This document shows positions 30,957-42,026 of a stretch of DNA of 64,000 nt, one piece after another (position 1 is the first letter of the stretch; each line of letters begins with the position of its first letter). The notes beneath the pieces were generated by a model. It saw only the letters and a program-made list of their open reading frames with translations. It was not told where the DNA came from and made no database searches. A program made the translations under genes and the position numbers. Source of the stretch: Candidatus Latescibacterota bacterium (lineage in GTDB: Bacteria; Latescibacterota; UBA2968; GCA-2709665); the NCBI GenBank assembly GCA_965219455.1, contig OZ244744.1, positions 1,600,001-1,664,000 of the forward strand, in the 5' to 3' direction.

Positions 30957-32237
30957 CTATCTCTGCAACGCGTCCAGGCACTGAAAGTACGAGGGAAAGG
31001 TTTTGTTAACGCAGGCCGGATCCCGTATTGCGATACCCGGCGCTTTCAGGCCGATCAACGCCATGCTCATGGCCATGCGGTGATCGTCGTACGTATCGAG
31101 TTCGGCCGGGCGGAAGCGCGCGGCGGGATGAACCGTCAGTGCGTCGGGCCGGGCGTCAACGCGTACCCCCAGTTTGGTCAGTTCAGCCGTGACCGCGGCG
31201 ATGCGGTCGGTCTCCTTGATGCGCAGGTTGGCGATATTTCGCATGGTGACCGGCTCCGAGGCGAACGGGGCAAGTGCACAGAGGGTCTGAACCACGTCCG
31301 GCATTGTGTTCATATCGACATCGACGCCGGAGAGCCGTTCAGGGCCGCGGACCTCGATACCGTCCGACCGGATGCGCACGGCGCAACCCATACGTTCCAG
31401 GACGTCCACGAAACGAACGTCACCCTGCGCGGAATCCGCAGAAAGGTCTCGGACCTTGATCCGACCGCCTGTAAGCGCCGCTGCTGCAAAAAAATACGAG
31501 GCGTTGGATGCGTCCGGTTCGATAGCGTATTCGGCAGGCGTGTAGCGTTGCCCTGCTTTTACCATGAAGACGTTACCGTCTACTACGGCGACGTTGACGC
31601 CAAAATCGTGCATGATGCGAACGGTCATGTCGATGTAGGGCCTGGAAACCAGGTCGCCGGTAACGCGGATCTCGACGTCCTTTCGCGCATAAGGCGCAAC
31701 CAGGAGGAGAGCCGTGAGATACTGGCTGCTTCGGTCTCCCGGAATGTGCGTGCGCCCGCCTTCAAGGCCGGACGCGTCGACGACAACCGGAGGACAGCCG
31801 TTGCCCTCCACGCTGCGGGCGTGAACCCCGAGGGGACGAAGGCTGTCGATCAGATCCTGGATCGGGCGTTCTCTCATTCGAGGGACGCCGTCCAGCGTGT
31901 AGGTGCCGTTGCCCAGGCCGAAATAAGCGGTGAGGAACCGGCATGTGGTACCTGAGTTGCCCACGAAGAGTTTGGCGTTCGAGACGGGTATACGGCCTCC
32001 TGCGCCGTCGATGCTGAAGATGCTTTCGCATTCGACCCGGATATCGACGCCGAGCGCTGAAAGCGCGCCGGCCATATACCGGGTGTCATCGCTTTCGAGG
32101 GCGCCGGCAAGGCGGCTCCGGCCGTTGGCCAGCGCCGCGATCAACAGCGCCCGGTTGGTGTAGGACTTGGACCCGGGTACGGACACGTCGGCGTCGACGG
32201 GATGGCGGAGCGGGCGGATTTCCAGATTTTCGGACAT
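30957..32237 (-). CDS. aroA: 3-phosphoshikimate 1-carboxyvinyltransferase (EPSP synthase)
   Basis: PGSKSYTNRAL, GNSGTTCRF, SSQYLT, LRIKETDRI, DDHRMAMS. Confidence 0.96.
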   Translation of the reverse strand: MSENLEIRPLRHPVDADVSVPGSKSYTNRALLIAALANGRSRLAGALESDDTRYMAGALSALGVDIRVECESIFSIDGAGGRIPVSNAKLFVGNSGTTCRFLTAYFGLGNGTYTLDGVPRMRERPIQDLIDSLRPLGVHARSVEGNGCPPVVVDASGLEGGRTHIPGDRSSQYLTALLLVAPYARKDVEIRVTGDLVSRPYIDMTVRIMHDFGVNVAVVDGNVFMVKAGQRYTPAEYAIEPDASNASYFFAAAALTGGRIKVRDLSADSAQGDVRFVDVLERMGCAVRIRSDGIEVRGPERLSGVDVDMNTMPDVVQTLCALAPFASEPVTMRNIANLRIKETDRIAAVTAELTKLGVRVDARPDALTVHPAARFRPAELDTYDDHRMAMSMALIGLKAPGIAIRDPACVNKTFPSYFQCLDALQR

Positions 32238-32524
32238 GATCAGGACTCTTGAATCAGTGACGGGAGTCGTGGCGACTTCATTCCGGCTTGAAATAAGGTA
32301 CCGCAATAGCGAGGGAAGTTCAATTGAAAAACGCTCCCCGGAAACGGGACCGCCGCGCCGGGGAGTCCGTATAGTTCGCGGCGATCCTCGCTATCAAGTG
32401 CTGCGAGAGATCCTGGTTCCCGGCTTTCGCCGGTCCATTTTCCTGACACCGTTGCCTTTCGTGCCCGTCGTTCCCGTAGTCTGTTCCAGGCGGTCTTCGG
32501 CACGCCAACCTGTCAATCCGTCGC

Positions 32525-32553
32525 TTGACTTTTTGTTGAGCCGGAAGTAAGAT
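32525..32553 (+). promoter_or_regulatory. sigma70-like promoter for dnaE
   Basis: TTGACT-N17-TAAGAT. Confidence 0.6.
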
Positions 32554-32707
32554 TATACCACTCTGAGATTTCCGTACCCGCCGCGCCACTGGCGCCCGCG
32601 CGTATCGAGTTTTTCCCCTCCGCCTCCGGATGTTCCCCGCTTTCCCCAGGCGGCGTTTACTTTCCTGAATAAGACCTGTCCAACCGTCACACTCGGAGAA
32701 CCTTACG

Positions 32708-35700
32708 GTGGCCGAATTCGTGCATCTCCATAGCCACAGCATGTACAGCCTCCTGGACGGCGCCTGCAAAATTGACAAGCTGGCGACAAGGGCCGCCGAG
32801 TGGGGTATGCCCGCGGCGGCCATTACCGACCACGGCAATCTCTTTGGAGCCGTGGATTTTTACCGGGCAATGAAAGAGGTGGACGTCAAGCCCATTATCG
32901 GATGCGAAGTGTATTGTGCGATCGGAAGCCGGTTCGAGAAAAAGCCGGCCCGAGGCGTCCCCAGCGGATCAAACCATCTGGTGCTTCTGGCAAAGAACAC
33001 ACGCGGGTACTACAACCTGGTAAAGCTGGTCTCGGCCGGCTACATGGAAGGGTTTTACTATCATCCCAGAATCGACAAGGAACTGTTGCGGGAACACTCG
33101 GAGGGTCTGGTCTGTCTGTCGGGATGCCTGAGCGGTGAGGTCCCTCATCTCATCGAGCGCGAGGGCGTGCCCGCCGCGATGTCCGCAGTGGAAGAATTTC
33201 TCGACATCTTCGGCGAAGACTATTACCTGGAAATCCAGCGCCATGGCATCGATAGAGAGCCCAGAATCAACGACGGACTGATTCGGCTTCACCGTGAAAT
33301 GGGGGTGCCGCTCGTAGCAACGAACGACTCCCATTTCCTGGGAGCGGACGATCACGAAGCACACGCCGTTCTCGTGGCTCTACAGACCGGGAAGACCCTC
33401 AACGATCCCGGCAGGATGTGTTATCCGACAGACGTCTACTTCAAGTCCGCGGATGAGATGCACACGCTCTTTTCGGATATACCCCATGCCGTGGAGCGGA
33501 CACTGGAGATAGCCGAAAAAAGCAATATAGAACTCGCGTTCGGAGACTACCTTGCGCCCGAGTTTCCATTGCCCGCAGAGTTCAAGTCGGCCGACGAATA
33601 CCTCAAACATCTCGCCCGGGAGGGTCTGGAAAGACGATTCGATTCAATTTCGCCGGACTTGCACAAGCGGCTGGAATTCGAACTGGACCTGATTGTAAGC
33701 AAGGGACTCGCGGGATATTTCCTCATCGTCTGGGATTACGTCAATTATGCAAAGGGGCACGGAATCTCGGTGGGGCCGGGCCGGGGCTCCTGCGCCGGAA
33801 GCCTGGCGGCGTATGCGCTGCGGATAACCGACCTGGATCCGATAAAGTACAATCTGCTGTTCGAGCGGTTTCTCAACCCCGAACGCGTGAGCCTGCCCGA
33901 CATCGATATCGATTTTTCCGACAAAAAACGTGACCACGTGATTAAATACGTATCCGAAAAGTACGGCGAGCGCAATGTCTGCCAGATTATCACGTTTGGG
34001 ACCATGAAGGCGAAGGCGGCGATCAGGGACGTGGGCCGCGTACATGATATGTCATTCGGCGAGGTCGACCGGATTGCCAAGCTGGTGCCCAACGACTTGA
34101 AGATGACGCTGGACAAGGCAATTCAACAGGTTCCGGAATTGAAAAAGATGGCCGACGGCGGCGGCCCCGAAGCGCATTTGATCCGGCATGCCCGGGCCCT
34201 GGAGGGGCTGGCGCGGCACGCGTCGGTGCATGCCGCAGCGGTGATTATCGCACCGGACGATTTGACGAATTTCGTGCCGCTCTACAAAGCCCCGAAAGAC
34301 GGCAAAGTGACCACCCAGTTCGACGGGCCGACCTGTGAGGATATCGGGCTTCTGAAAATGGACTTCCTGGGCCTCAAGGAACTTTCACTTGCCGACGAGA
34401 CTGTGGATCTGATTAAGAAAAAGGATCCGGCGTTTGACCTGACAAAAATCCCTGAAGACGACAAAAAGACCCTGGATCTGTTCGGACGCGGCGAGACCGT
34501 GGGCGTATTCCAGTTTGAAAGCCCCGGAATGCGGGAATATCTGGTGCAGCTGAAGCCCGATTGCATCGAAGACATCATCGCGATGAACGCCCTCTACCGC
34601 CCGGGGCCGATGCAGTATATCCCGAACTTTGTTGCACGCAAGCATGGAAATGAAGAGGTGGTCTACGACCATCCGAAAATGGAGCCCATCCTGAAGGATA
34701 CGTACGGGATCATGGTGTACCAGGAGCAGGTGATGCAGATTGTGCAGGTCCTGGCCGGGTTCAGCCTCGGCCAGGCCGATATCCTTCGCGACGCAATGGG
34801 TAAGAAAAAGCCCGAAGAAATGGCGCTGCAGAAGGACGCGTTTATCGGCGGGTGCAAAACGCACGGTGTGGATCTGAATCTCGCCCAGAAGATTTTCGCC
34901 GATATCCAAGTGTTCGCAGGATACGCGTTTCCGAAAGCGCACGCGGCGGCATACGCGGTTGTCGCATACCGAAACGCCTACCTCAAGGCGAATTATTCTC
35001 AGGAATATATGGCCGCCAGCCTGAACGGCGAGATCGGCAATATTGAGAGAATGGTGGTTGTGATCGAAGAATGCCGGCGAATGAAGCTGGAGGTCCTGCC
35101 ACCCGACGTGAATACGTCCTACGTGGATTTCGTGGCTTCAGAAACGGCAATTCTGATGGGAATGGCGGCGGTACGAAACGTGGGTCGTGGCGCCGTCGAA
35201 GCCATTGTGACTGCAAGGGAAACTGACGGACCGTTCAGTTCGCTGTTCGAGTTCTGCGAACGCGTGGATTTGCGTGCGGTAAACCGGCGGGCCATCGAGA
35301 GCCTTACCTGCGCCGGAGCTATGGATCGCCTGGTCGGGCATCGGTCACAGCTTCTGCAAGGCCTCGACCGTGCTCTCGACGCGGGGCAGTCCGCGCAGGC
35401 GGCCCGGCAGCGACGTCAGATTTCGCTTTTCGACATAGAAGCCCTTGCAGACCAGACGGCGGTTATCAACAACCACGTGCTTCCAGACGAGCCGGAGTGG
35501 ACGGAACGTGAACGGCTGGCACACGAAAAGGACATGCTTGGGTTTTATCTCTCCGGACATCCGCTGGAAAGGTACCGGGCGGATCTGGTCGGGCTGGGCA
35601 TTCGTTCGTCGCAGGATGTGGGTACGTTGCCGGATGGCGCGGACGTCAAACTTGGTGGGCTGATTTCCGAAACAAGGTCGCATACCGACCGAAACGGACG

Positions 35701-36142
35701 GCCGATGGCGTTCGGCACCATAGAGGATCTGGATGGCGCCGTGGATCTGGTCGTGTTTCCCGATACGTTCGAAAGAGTCAAGGCTGTGTTTGTGACCGAC
35801 GCGATGGTGGTGATCCAGGGTCGGCTCTCCGGACGCAACGGTCGACAATCGCTGCGGGTGGAGAAGGTTCTGTCGATGGAGCACGCGAGAGAGGCGCTTG
35901 CAGACGCACTGAATGTAAAGCTTCCCGAGGAGATGCTGGATCCGGAGCCAATGGAACAACTGAAAGCGATACTGGAGGGTCACAGGGGCGGGTGTACACT
36001 CTATTTGCATCTCGAACTGGGCGATGGAAAAACGGAGGTCATTCGTTCCCGGGCACTTACTGTGGCGCCCTCTGACGCGTTGATATCGGAAATCGGCGCG
36101 TTTCTGGGAGAAAGACGCGCCTGGGTATCCCAGAAATCCTGA
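32708..36142 (+). CDS. dnaE: DNA polymerase III alpha subunit
   Basis: FVHLHSHSMYSLLDG PHP domain, GPGRGS, PDIDIDF, LLKMDFLGL, C-terminal OB fold. Confidence 0.98.
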   Translation: MAEFVHLHSHSMYSLLDGACKIDKLATRAAEWGMPAAAITDHGNLFGAVDFYRAMKEVDVKPIIGCEVYCAIGSRFEKKPARGVPSGSNHLVLLAKNTRGYYNLVKLVSAGYMEGFYYHPRIDKELLREHSEGLVCLSGCLSGEVPHLIEREGVPAAMSAVEEFLDIFGEDYYLEIQRHGIDREPRINDGLIRLHREMGVPLVATNDSHFLGADDHEAHAVLVALQTGKTLNDPGRMCYPTDVYFKSADEMHTLFSDIPHAVERTLEIAEKSNIELAFGDYLAPEFPLPAEFKSADEYLKHLAREGLERRFDSISPDLHKRLEFELDLIVSKGLAGYFLIVWDYVNYAKGHGISVGPGRGSCAGSLAAYALRITDLDPIKYNLLFERFLNPERVSLPDIDIDFSDKKRDHVIKYVSEKYGERNVCQIITFGTMKAKAAIRDVGRVHDMSFGEVDRIAKLVPNDLKMTLDKAIQQVPELKKMADGGGPEAHLIRHARALEGLARHASVHAAAVIIAPDDLTNFVPLYKAPKDGKVTTQFDGPTCEDIGLLKMDFLGLKELSLADETVDLIKKKDPAFDLTKIPEDDKKTLDLFGRGETVGVFQFESPGMREYLVQLKPDCIEDIIAMNALYRPGPMQYIPNFVARKHGNEEVVYDHPKMEPILKDTYGIMVYQEQVMQIVQVLAGFSLGQADILRDAMGKKKPEEMALQKDAFIGGCKTHGVDLNLAQKIFADIQVFAGYAFPKAHAAAYAVVAYRNAYLKANYSQEYMAASLNGEIGNIERMVVVIEECRRMKLEVLPPDVNTSYVDFVASETAILMGMAAVRNVGRGAVEAIVTARETDGPFSSLFEFCERVDLRAVNRRAIESLTCAGAMDRLVGHRSQLLQGLDRALDAGQSAQAARQRRQISLFDIEALADQTAVINNHVLPDEPEWTERERLAHEKDMLGFYLSGHPLERYRADLVGLGIRSSQDVGTLPDGADVKLGGLISETRSHTDRNGRPMAFGTIEDLDGAVDLVVFPDTFERVKAVFVTDAMVVIQGRLSGRNGRQSLRVEKVLSMEHAREALADALNVKLPEEMLDPEPMEQLKAILEGHRGGCTLYLHLELGDGKTEVIRSRALTVAPSDALISEIGAFLGERRAWVSQKS

Positions 36143-36234
36143 GAGCGTAGCATCCCGACGGTCCGGCTTCAGGTCGGCATTTGGGGTAGTCTGTAGATAT
36201 TATAGACGTGCTTGGCCGCGTAGGAGGAAAACTC

Positions 36235-36261
36235 AAAAGGCGACCGTAGGGTCGCCTTTTT
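36235..36261. terminator. bidirectional intrinsic terminator between dnaE and rodA
   Basis: AAAAGGCGACC-GTAG-GGTCGCCTTTTT. Confidence 0.85.
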
Positions 36262-36291
36262 CACGTACAAAATATGTCTTCCGGACGTCTT

Positions 36292-37512
36292 CTAGTAATA
36301 TTCATGCCGGTAAGCATAAATGTTGAGCAGCAGGCCAGCGAGTATCAGATTGACCACGAGTTGCGAGCCCCCGTAGCTGAAATACGGTAGCGGCAGGCCG
36401 GTAACCGGCACCACGCCGACGGTCATGCCTATATTGACAAAAACGTGGAAGATCAGCATGGAAGCCAGACCGATGGCAACCAGACTGGAAAAACGGCTCT
36501 TGACAAGACCGGCGATATGGACGGCGCGCCAAATGATCAGAAAAAATATGGCGAGCACGAGTAAGGCGCCTGCGAAACCGAACTCCTCACCTATAACGGA
36601 AAAAACAAAATCGGTATGTTGTTCGGGAAGGAAGGAGAGTTTGGTCTGGGTACCCTGCAGGTATCCTTTTCCGTTGAGGCCCCCCGAGCCAATTGCCACC
36701 TTGGATTGCATGACCTGGTAGCCCGCGCCGAGCTTGTCCATGTCCGGATTCAAGAAGGTCAGAATCCGCCGGCGCTGGTAATCGTGCAGTTTGTTTTCCC
36801 AGAGATAAGGCGCGCCGACCGCGACTGCGAGATTGACCACGACAATGGCAGTCGTCATCAATCGACCTGGTCGTACCAGAAAAACAACGCCCGCGATCAT
36901 CAGAACAAGGATAACAAGCGCCACGTAGTGGAAGGCGCAGATCACGCTCAAAAAAGGTGAAATCAGGATAAACAGAACAATGGGTCTCATGCCGGCCCAG
37001 TAGAACATAGGCAGAAGTACGGAGACGAAAACCAGCGCCGTGCCCAGGTCGGGCTGCCTAAATACCAGAACCGCCGGAATCAATACCAGAAGAAACGGCA
37101 TGACCAGTGCGCGGGGCCGGTCCAGATTCAGGTTGCGCGCGGAGAGGTATCTTGCCAGAGCCAGAATGGTTGCGATTTTGGCCAATTCCGACGGCTGCAT
37201 ATGTAACGGACCCAGATCGAACCAGCGTTGTTCCCCGAAAAACAGAACCAGCACGAGCAGACAGATTGAGACACCATACAGAACATAGGCAAAGGCATAA
37301 TAATACCTGGGTGGGACGAACAGGGTAAGCAGAAGGGCGCCGAGGGCAAACGCGCTCCAGATGATCTGCCTCTCGTAGATCCTACCGGCAGTGCCCTGTT
37401 CCCAGTTGTACGTGGCGCTGTAAATCGCACCAATCCCGAACAGTGTGGCAAGAACAACCGAAAGCAGCAGCGGCAGATCAAGTTCTTGTTTTAGAAAACG
37501 GGAAAAAACCAC
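36292..37512 (-). CDS. rodA: rod shape-determining SEDS glycosyltransferase RodA
   Basis: QPSELAK, QPDLGTA, QSKVAIGSGG, LPEQHTDF, PVTGLPLPYFSYGGS; follows mrdA. Confidence 0.95.
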   Translation of the reverse strand: MVFSRFLKQELDLPLLLSVVLATLFGIGAIYSATYNWEQGTAGRIYERQIIWSAFALGALLLTLFVPPRYYYAFAYVLYGVSICLLVLVLFFGEQRWFDLGPLHMQPSELAKIATILALARYLSARNLNLDRPRALVMPFLLVLIPAVLVFRQPDLGTALVFVSVLLPMFYWAGMRPIVLFILISPFLSVICAFHYVALVILVLMIAGVVFLVRPGRLMTTAIVVVNLAVAVGAPYLWENKLHDYQRRRILTFLNPDMDKLGAGYQVMQSKVAIGSGGLNGKGYLQGTQTKLSFLPEQHTDFVFSVIGEEFGFAGALLVLAIFFLIIWRAVHIAGLVKSRFSSLVAIGLASMLIFHVFVNIGMTVGVVPVTGLPLPYFSYGGSQLVVNLILAGLLLNIYAYRHEYY

Positions 37513-37601
37513 ACGGAGATTCCTTTGATACGTGAGCTGGGAAATGGATTTCCAGGCTTGAGTCGGTCGAATGGACCTGGTGTCCCGTCCCAGAACACTG
37601 G

Positions 37602-39494
37602 CTATCGCAGGACGACAGCGGGGGTTGTATTGCCCGCTGGCGCGGGCTTGGAGTCGTTAGCTGCCGGAGATGTTTCGGAGTCAAACTGCGCGGCTACGAT
37701 GATGTCGGATTTCTGTTTCGGCCTCGCCAGGTCAAAATACGTTTCCAGAACACGTCCCGCGATCGGGGCGGCCACCGCGCCGCCATGGCCTGCGTTTTCG
37801 ACCACGACGGCGACCACGATTTCAGGATGATGGGCCGGAGCGAGGGCGGTGAACCAAGCGTGGTCTTCGCCGTGGGAGTTCTGCGCTGTACCGGTTTTGC
37901 CGGCCACACGCACGCCTTCCACCCGGGCGCGTTTTCCGGTACCGTACGGATCCTCGACAACATCCAGCATGATGCTTCGTATCGTCTTCAGAGTCTGGGC
38001 GGATATCTGAACCGGCGTGGACTCGGGCGCTGTGTTTTTCAGAACATGGGGTCGGGGTAGCTTACCGACGGCGAGGGCGCTGACGTAACGGGCAATCTGG
38101 ACGGGCGTCACGGAGGTCTCGCCCTGTCCGATTGTCAGATTCAGCATGTACCCCTCCGCCCAGTGTCCATATCGTTCCTTATAGTACGAACGGTCGGTAA
38201 CCAGGCCGGCGGCCTCGCCGTCGCCACCGGCAGCGATGTCGATCCCAGTGGGTTGACCGAATCCAAGCATCCTGGTGTAGCGACTCCAGTTGGTAATGCC
38301 CACCTTGCGCCCCAACTGGTAAAAGTAGACGTCGCAGGACCGGATGAGCGCCCCTCGCAGCGAAAGCCGTCCACACCCTGTGGCTTTATGGCACCGGAAT
38401 ACTCGGTCTCCGAACTTCAATCTGCCCCTGCAGGACCTGTAACGCGCCGTTTCCGAATCGATCAGGCCCGTTTCGAGGCCGGCAATCGCCGTGATCATCT
38501 TGAACACCGAGGCAGGCGGGTATTCGCCCTGGATGCTTCGGTTCAGCAGGGGATTTGACGTGTCGCCCTGAAGGGTCCGCCATTGGCGCAAGTTGCGGAT
38601 AGACCGCGGATGAAACCCGGGTTTGCTGACTATAGCGAGGATCTCTCCATTGTTCGGATCCATCGCTACCAGGCTGCCTCTCAACGAATCGGCAAACGCA
38701 AGCTCCGCCGCCTGCTGCAATCGCCAGTCCAGGGTCAGCAGAATGTCATTGCCCCGAATGGGCGGAATTGTCTTTTCGGGAAAGCTGCCGACCTCCCTGC
38801 CGAAGGCGTTGACCTCGATGAATTTTATGCCTTCCCGGCCCCTCAGCACCGCCTCGCACAGGCGCTCGACGCCCCGTTTGCCGATCTGGTCGTCCAAACG
38901 GTACCCCATCTCCCGCTTCCGCTGATAGGTCTCCGCGTCAATCAGGCCGACATATCCGACAATATGAGGCGCCAGGGGGAGGCCGCCATTGAAGCTCAGA
39001 TATCCTCTCCGTGCTTCATACTGTATTTCCACACCGGGCAAATCGTGGCGTTCTTCTTCCACGACAGACACGATGTTGAATCCAACGTCTCGTGTGAGTC
39101 TTACCGGCTCGTGGAATCGACGGCTTCGGTTCGCGAGTTTTCGGTTGATGCGTTGAACCGGCAATCCCGCAACCTGGCTGAGGCGGTTGACCACGTACTC
39201 CCGAACCGTCGGATCGGTATTTCGTCGCAGTCGCTGTGGCAGCACCGAGATGGTGTACGAGGGGCGATTGTCTACGAGCACGACGCCATTGCGATCCCGT
39301 ATAAGACCGCGGCCGGCTTCGATGGGCACGACCTGCATCGTATTTTTCTTGGATTGGATGCGGTAGCGTTCGCTGTCTGCAATCTGCAGCCGAAACACCC
39401 CTACAAACAGAACGGCGAACAGAACGATCACCACCGACATCATCCATCGCGCACGGGCTTTCCGAAAGCCATTATCCATAAAGTCGTCGTGCAT
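37602..39494 (-). CDS. mrdA: penicillin-binding protein 2
   Basis: RGLIRDRNG, PPASVFK (SxxK), SCDVYFY, GKTGTAQ. Confidence 0.95.
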   Translation of the reverse strand: MHDDFMDNGFRKARARWMMSVVIVLFAVLFVGVFRLQIADSERYRIQSKKNTMQVVPIEAGRGLIRDRNGVVLVDNRPSYTISVLPQRLRRNTDPTVREYVVNRLSQVAGLPVQRINRKLANRSRRFHEPVRLTRDVGFNIVSVVEEERHDLPGVEIQYEARRGYLSFNGGLPLAPHIVGYVGLIDAETYQRKREMGYRLDDQIGKRGVERLCEAVLRGREGIKFIEVNAFGREVGSFPEKTIPPIRGNDILLTLDWRLQQAAELAFADSLRGSLVAMDPNNGEILAIVSKPGFHPRSIRNLRQWRTLQGDTSNPLLNRSIQGEYPPASVFKMITAIAGLETGLIDSETARYRSCRGRLKFGDRVFRCHKATGCGRLSLRGALIRSCDVYFYQLGRKVGITNWSRYTRMLGFGQPTGIDIAAGGDGEAAGLVTDRSYYKERYGHWAEGYMLNLTIGQGETSVTPVQIARYVSALAVGKLPRPHVLKNTAPESTPVQISAQTLKTIRSIMLDVVEDPYGTGKRARVEGVRVAGKTGTAQNSHGEDHAWFTALAPAHHPEIVVAVVVENAGHGGAVAAPIAGRVLETYFDLARPKQKSDIIVAAQFDSETSPAANDSKPAPAGNTTPAVVLR

Positions 39495-39981
39495 CGAGGT
39501 AAATTCCCTTGTTGAAGCGAATGGACAATACCAACGAAATGCCGACTCCAACGACTGCCGTGTAAAATGCCGTCCCGATCCCGAACCGGACGATTAAACC
39601 GAAGATCGCGTCCGGATTCGAGAAGACGTTAGCGAACAGAAAATAGATCAGATCGTGAAGCAGAACCGCCAGGAACAGGATTAGGGCCTGCACGCGGAAA
39701 TCTTCGGCACTGACGCCCGTCCGGAATTGACCGACGGAGAACCCAACAACGCTGTTTGCCAGTGCGTTGATGCCCATCGTCTCGGGACTGTAGACATCCA
39801 GCAGGAAGCCGGATGCGAATCCGTACAGGGTGCCTTCAATCTGCCCGCCGCTTATGCCCAGGTAAACCAGCACGATGATGACAATATCGGGGCCGATACC
39901 CAGAATTCGGACCGAATGCGCCCAGGAGGTCTGAATAAGCAGCGCCAGGGCGATGAGCAGAAGGTCTCGAACGATTTTCAT
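39472..39981 (-). CDS. mreD: rod shape-determining protein MreD
   Basis: Hydrophobic 169 aa, 'GPDIVII...GFASGFLLDV'; directly upstream of mrdA. Confidence 0.88.
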   Translation of the reverse strand: MKIVRDLLLIALALLIQTSWAHSVRILGIGPDIVIIVLVYLGISGGQIEGTLYGFASGFLLDVYSPETMGINALANSVVGFSVGQFRTGVSAEDFRVQALILFLAVLLHDLIYFLFANVFSNPDAIFGLIVRFGIGTAFYTAVVGVGISLVLSIRFNKGIYLDARRLYG

Positions 39982-40026
39982 GGGCGACGGATGGGGCGCA
40001 TGCTCCCTTTAATCTTGGCTGTTGAC

Positions 40027-41886
40027 TCAGTCGACCGCCTGGAAACCGGATGGGCGAATCAGAAGCCGGACGCCCACCCTCAGGCTTCCGGGTTTCCGGA
40101 TACGGTTCCATTTCTTGAGGTCGTTGACGCGGATGCGAAAACTGCGGGCGATGTCCCAAAGCGTATCCCCGCGCCGCACAACGTAGAAGTCGCCGCGACG
40201 CAGGTCCGAACGATCGGCCAGGACAACCTGGGGCGTCTGCGGCCTCCAGATTTCCAGACGGTCGCCGGGCGTTATATGCTTTTTTAGCCTGTTCCACGCC
40301 CGGATCTGATTCGGGGTGACCCCATACCGCCGTCCGATTCCCCACAGGGTGTCCCCCTTCCTTACCCGGTACGCGACTTTCCGGTGCGTGTCCGGATCGG
40401 GCGTCGACGCGACGCGCGCAAGGTTTCTTGCCGCACGCCTGGATTTGCCATTCGGAAAGATCGGGATCTTCAGCAGCGTGCCCACGCGTACGCGCCTGGG
40501 ATTCGATATATTGTTGGCCTCGAGCACCGTGCGAGTTGAAACACCGTAGTCTTTTGCTATGGCGGATGGCGTATCTCCGTAGCGCACCCGGTATTCAACC
40601 ATTCCACCCTTCCGGTCGGCGGGAATTCGGGCATAGTTGACTTTGAACCTGTCGGCGGTTCCAGTCGGAATTCTAAGTTCATAGGGTCCGCGCAACGAAG
40701 GCGGCGTGTAACCTGACCGGAGTTCGGGATTGAGACTGCGCATTCGCTCGTAAGTCGTTCCTGCGCATTCGGCGGCTACCCGAAGGGACACACATTCCGA
40801 AATGGATACGACGTCGAATTTTCGCGGCACCTGATAGACCACGTCGTGGAAACCGAACCACTCAGGATCTCTGGAGATGATCAGGGCCGCCATGAATCGC
40901 GGTACATGTCGCCGCGTTTCCCTGGGCAAGCCCCTCAGTTTCCAGAAATCGTTCGTTCCGGAGCGCTGAATAATGCGTTGGAGACGACCCTGCCCGCAGT
41001 TGTACGCGGCAATCACAAGGCGCCAGTCGTCGAACAACTCGTAGAGGTGATGGATATGCCGGATTGCCGCACGCGTCGATTTTTCCGGATCCCGGCGTTC
41101 ATCGATCCAGCTGTTGTTCTTGAGACTGTAAAGCCGCGCCGTGCCTCTCACGAACTGCCAGATTCCAGCGGCCCTGGCCCGCGAAAAGGCTCTCGGGTTG
41201 AAGCCACTTTCGATCATCGCCTTATAAACCAGATCCTCCGGCAGACCCGCTTCACGCAGGGCCTTTCGAATCATAGGGACATAGAGAGGTGAACGTGAAA
41301 GCCAGGCCTTGAACGCCTTCCGGGCCGTAGTCTGGAAATAACGGATTGTCTTGACGACCTCGGAATTGTAGTCCACGGGAACATCGGCGGAGCCTGCCAG
41401 CTTGCGCACATATAGTTCTCTGTAGTGAACGTCATCGCGCAAGCGTGAAAGGAGACTGTCGGGGATGGTTTCGAGCAGCCGCGACATAACGGAGTTTGGC
41501 CGTACGAGCGCGGACGGCGGTAGCATTTCCCGATAGCGCTTGAGGGTCGCGCGAAGCAATTCAAGGTGACGCCCCGGCGGAAGGGTTCTGGTTACGGTGG
41601 AATCGGTGAGCAGAATGCACACGCGTTCCACGGAAAACGCCGCGTTATCGAGCCGGGCTTTTTCCAGTTCCTCTACGGACCGCCGGAGCCGATCGCCGTT
41701 CGGCGGCGGGCGGTCCGTCTTGACCGCCGTGGAATCCTCGATAGTCTTCGGCGCCTTCCCGGACAGGACCGGTGCTTCCGCTTCGGGAAATGTCGCAACC
41801 TGTGTCGTGGTTGAACATCCCGGGAGCAGAAACAGAAGGAGCAGGCTGCAAAACGCGATGCTCAGGGACAGCGGGCTAACTTTCAT
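40027..41886 (-). CDS. MltD-like lytic transglycosylase with three LysM domains, lipoprotein
   Basis: Lipobox LPGC; MIESGFNPRAFSRARAAGIWQF, AAYNCG; three 'YxVxxGDT' LysM repeats; start placed at MKVSPL (41886). Confidence 0.92.
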   Translation of the reverse strand: MKVSPLSLSIAFCSLLLLFLLPGCSTTTQVATFPEAEAPVLSGKAPKTIEDSTAVKTDRPPPNGDRLRRSVEELEKARLDNAAFSVERVCILLTDSTVTRTLPPGRHLELLRATLKRYREMLPPSALVRPNSVMSRLLETIPDSLLSRLRDDVHYRELYVRKLAGSADVPVDYNSEVVKTIRYFQTTARKAFKAWLSRSPLYVPMIRKALREAGLPEDLVYKAMIESGFNPRAFSRARAAGIWQFVRGTARLYSLKNNSWIDERRDPEKSTRAAIRHIHHLYELFDDWRLVIAAYNCGQGRLQRIIQRSGTNDFWKLRGLPRETRRHVPRFMAALIISRDPEWFGFHDVVYQVPRKFDVVSISECVSLRVAAECAGTTYERMRSLNPELRSGYTPPSLRGPYELRIPTGTADRFKVNYARIPADRKGGMVEYRVRYGDTPSAIAKDYGVSTRTVLEANNISNPRRVRVGTLLKIPIFPNGKSRRAARNLARVASTPDPDTHRKVAYRVRKGDTLWGIGRRYGVTPNQIRAWNRLKKHITPGDRLEIWRPQTPQVVLADRSDLRRGDFYVVRRGDTLWDIARSFRIRVNDLKKWNRIRKPGSLRVGVRLLIRPSGFQAVD

Positions 41887-42026
41887 CGGCACTATCAGTC
41901 CGTTGAAAAAGTCGCTCTGCAGGCGAGGCCGAGCCGAATCCTGGGATTCGGGGAGGGAGCGCAACGCAGGCCTACCTTCACGGCGGTCAATGCAACAGAA
42001 CCGCTCGCGGTCAACGCCGTACGCGT

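Noticed and set aside
32708-36142. Intein in DnaE
   Set aside because: Length of 1144 aa and continuous motifs leave no room for an insertion
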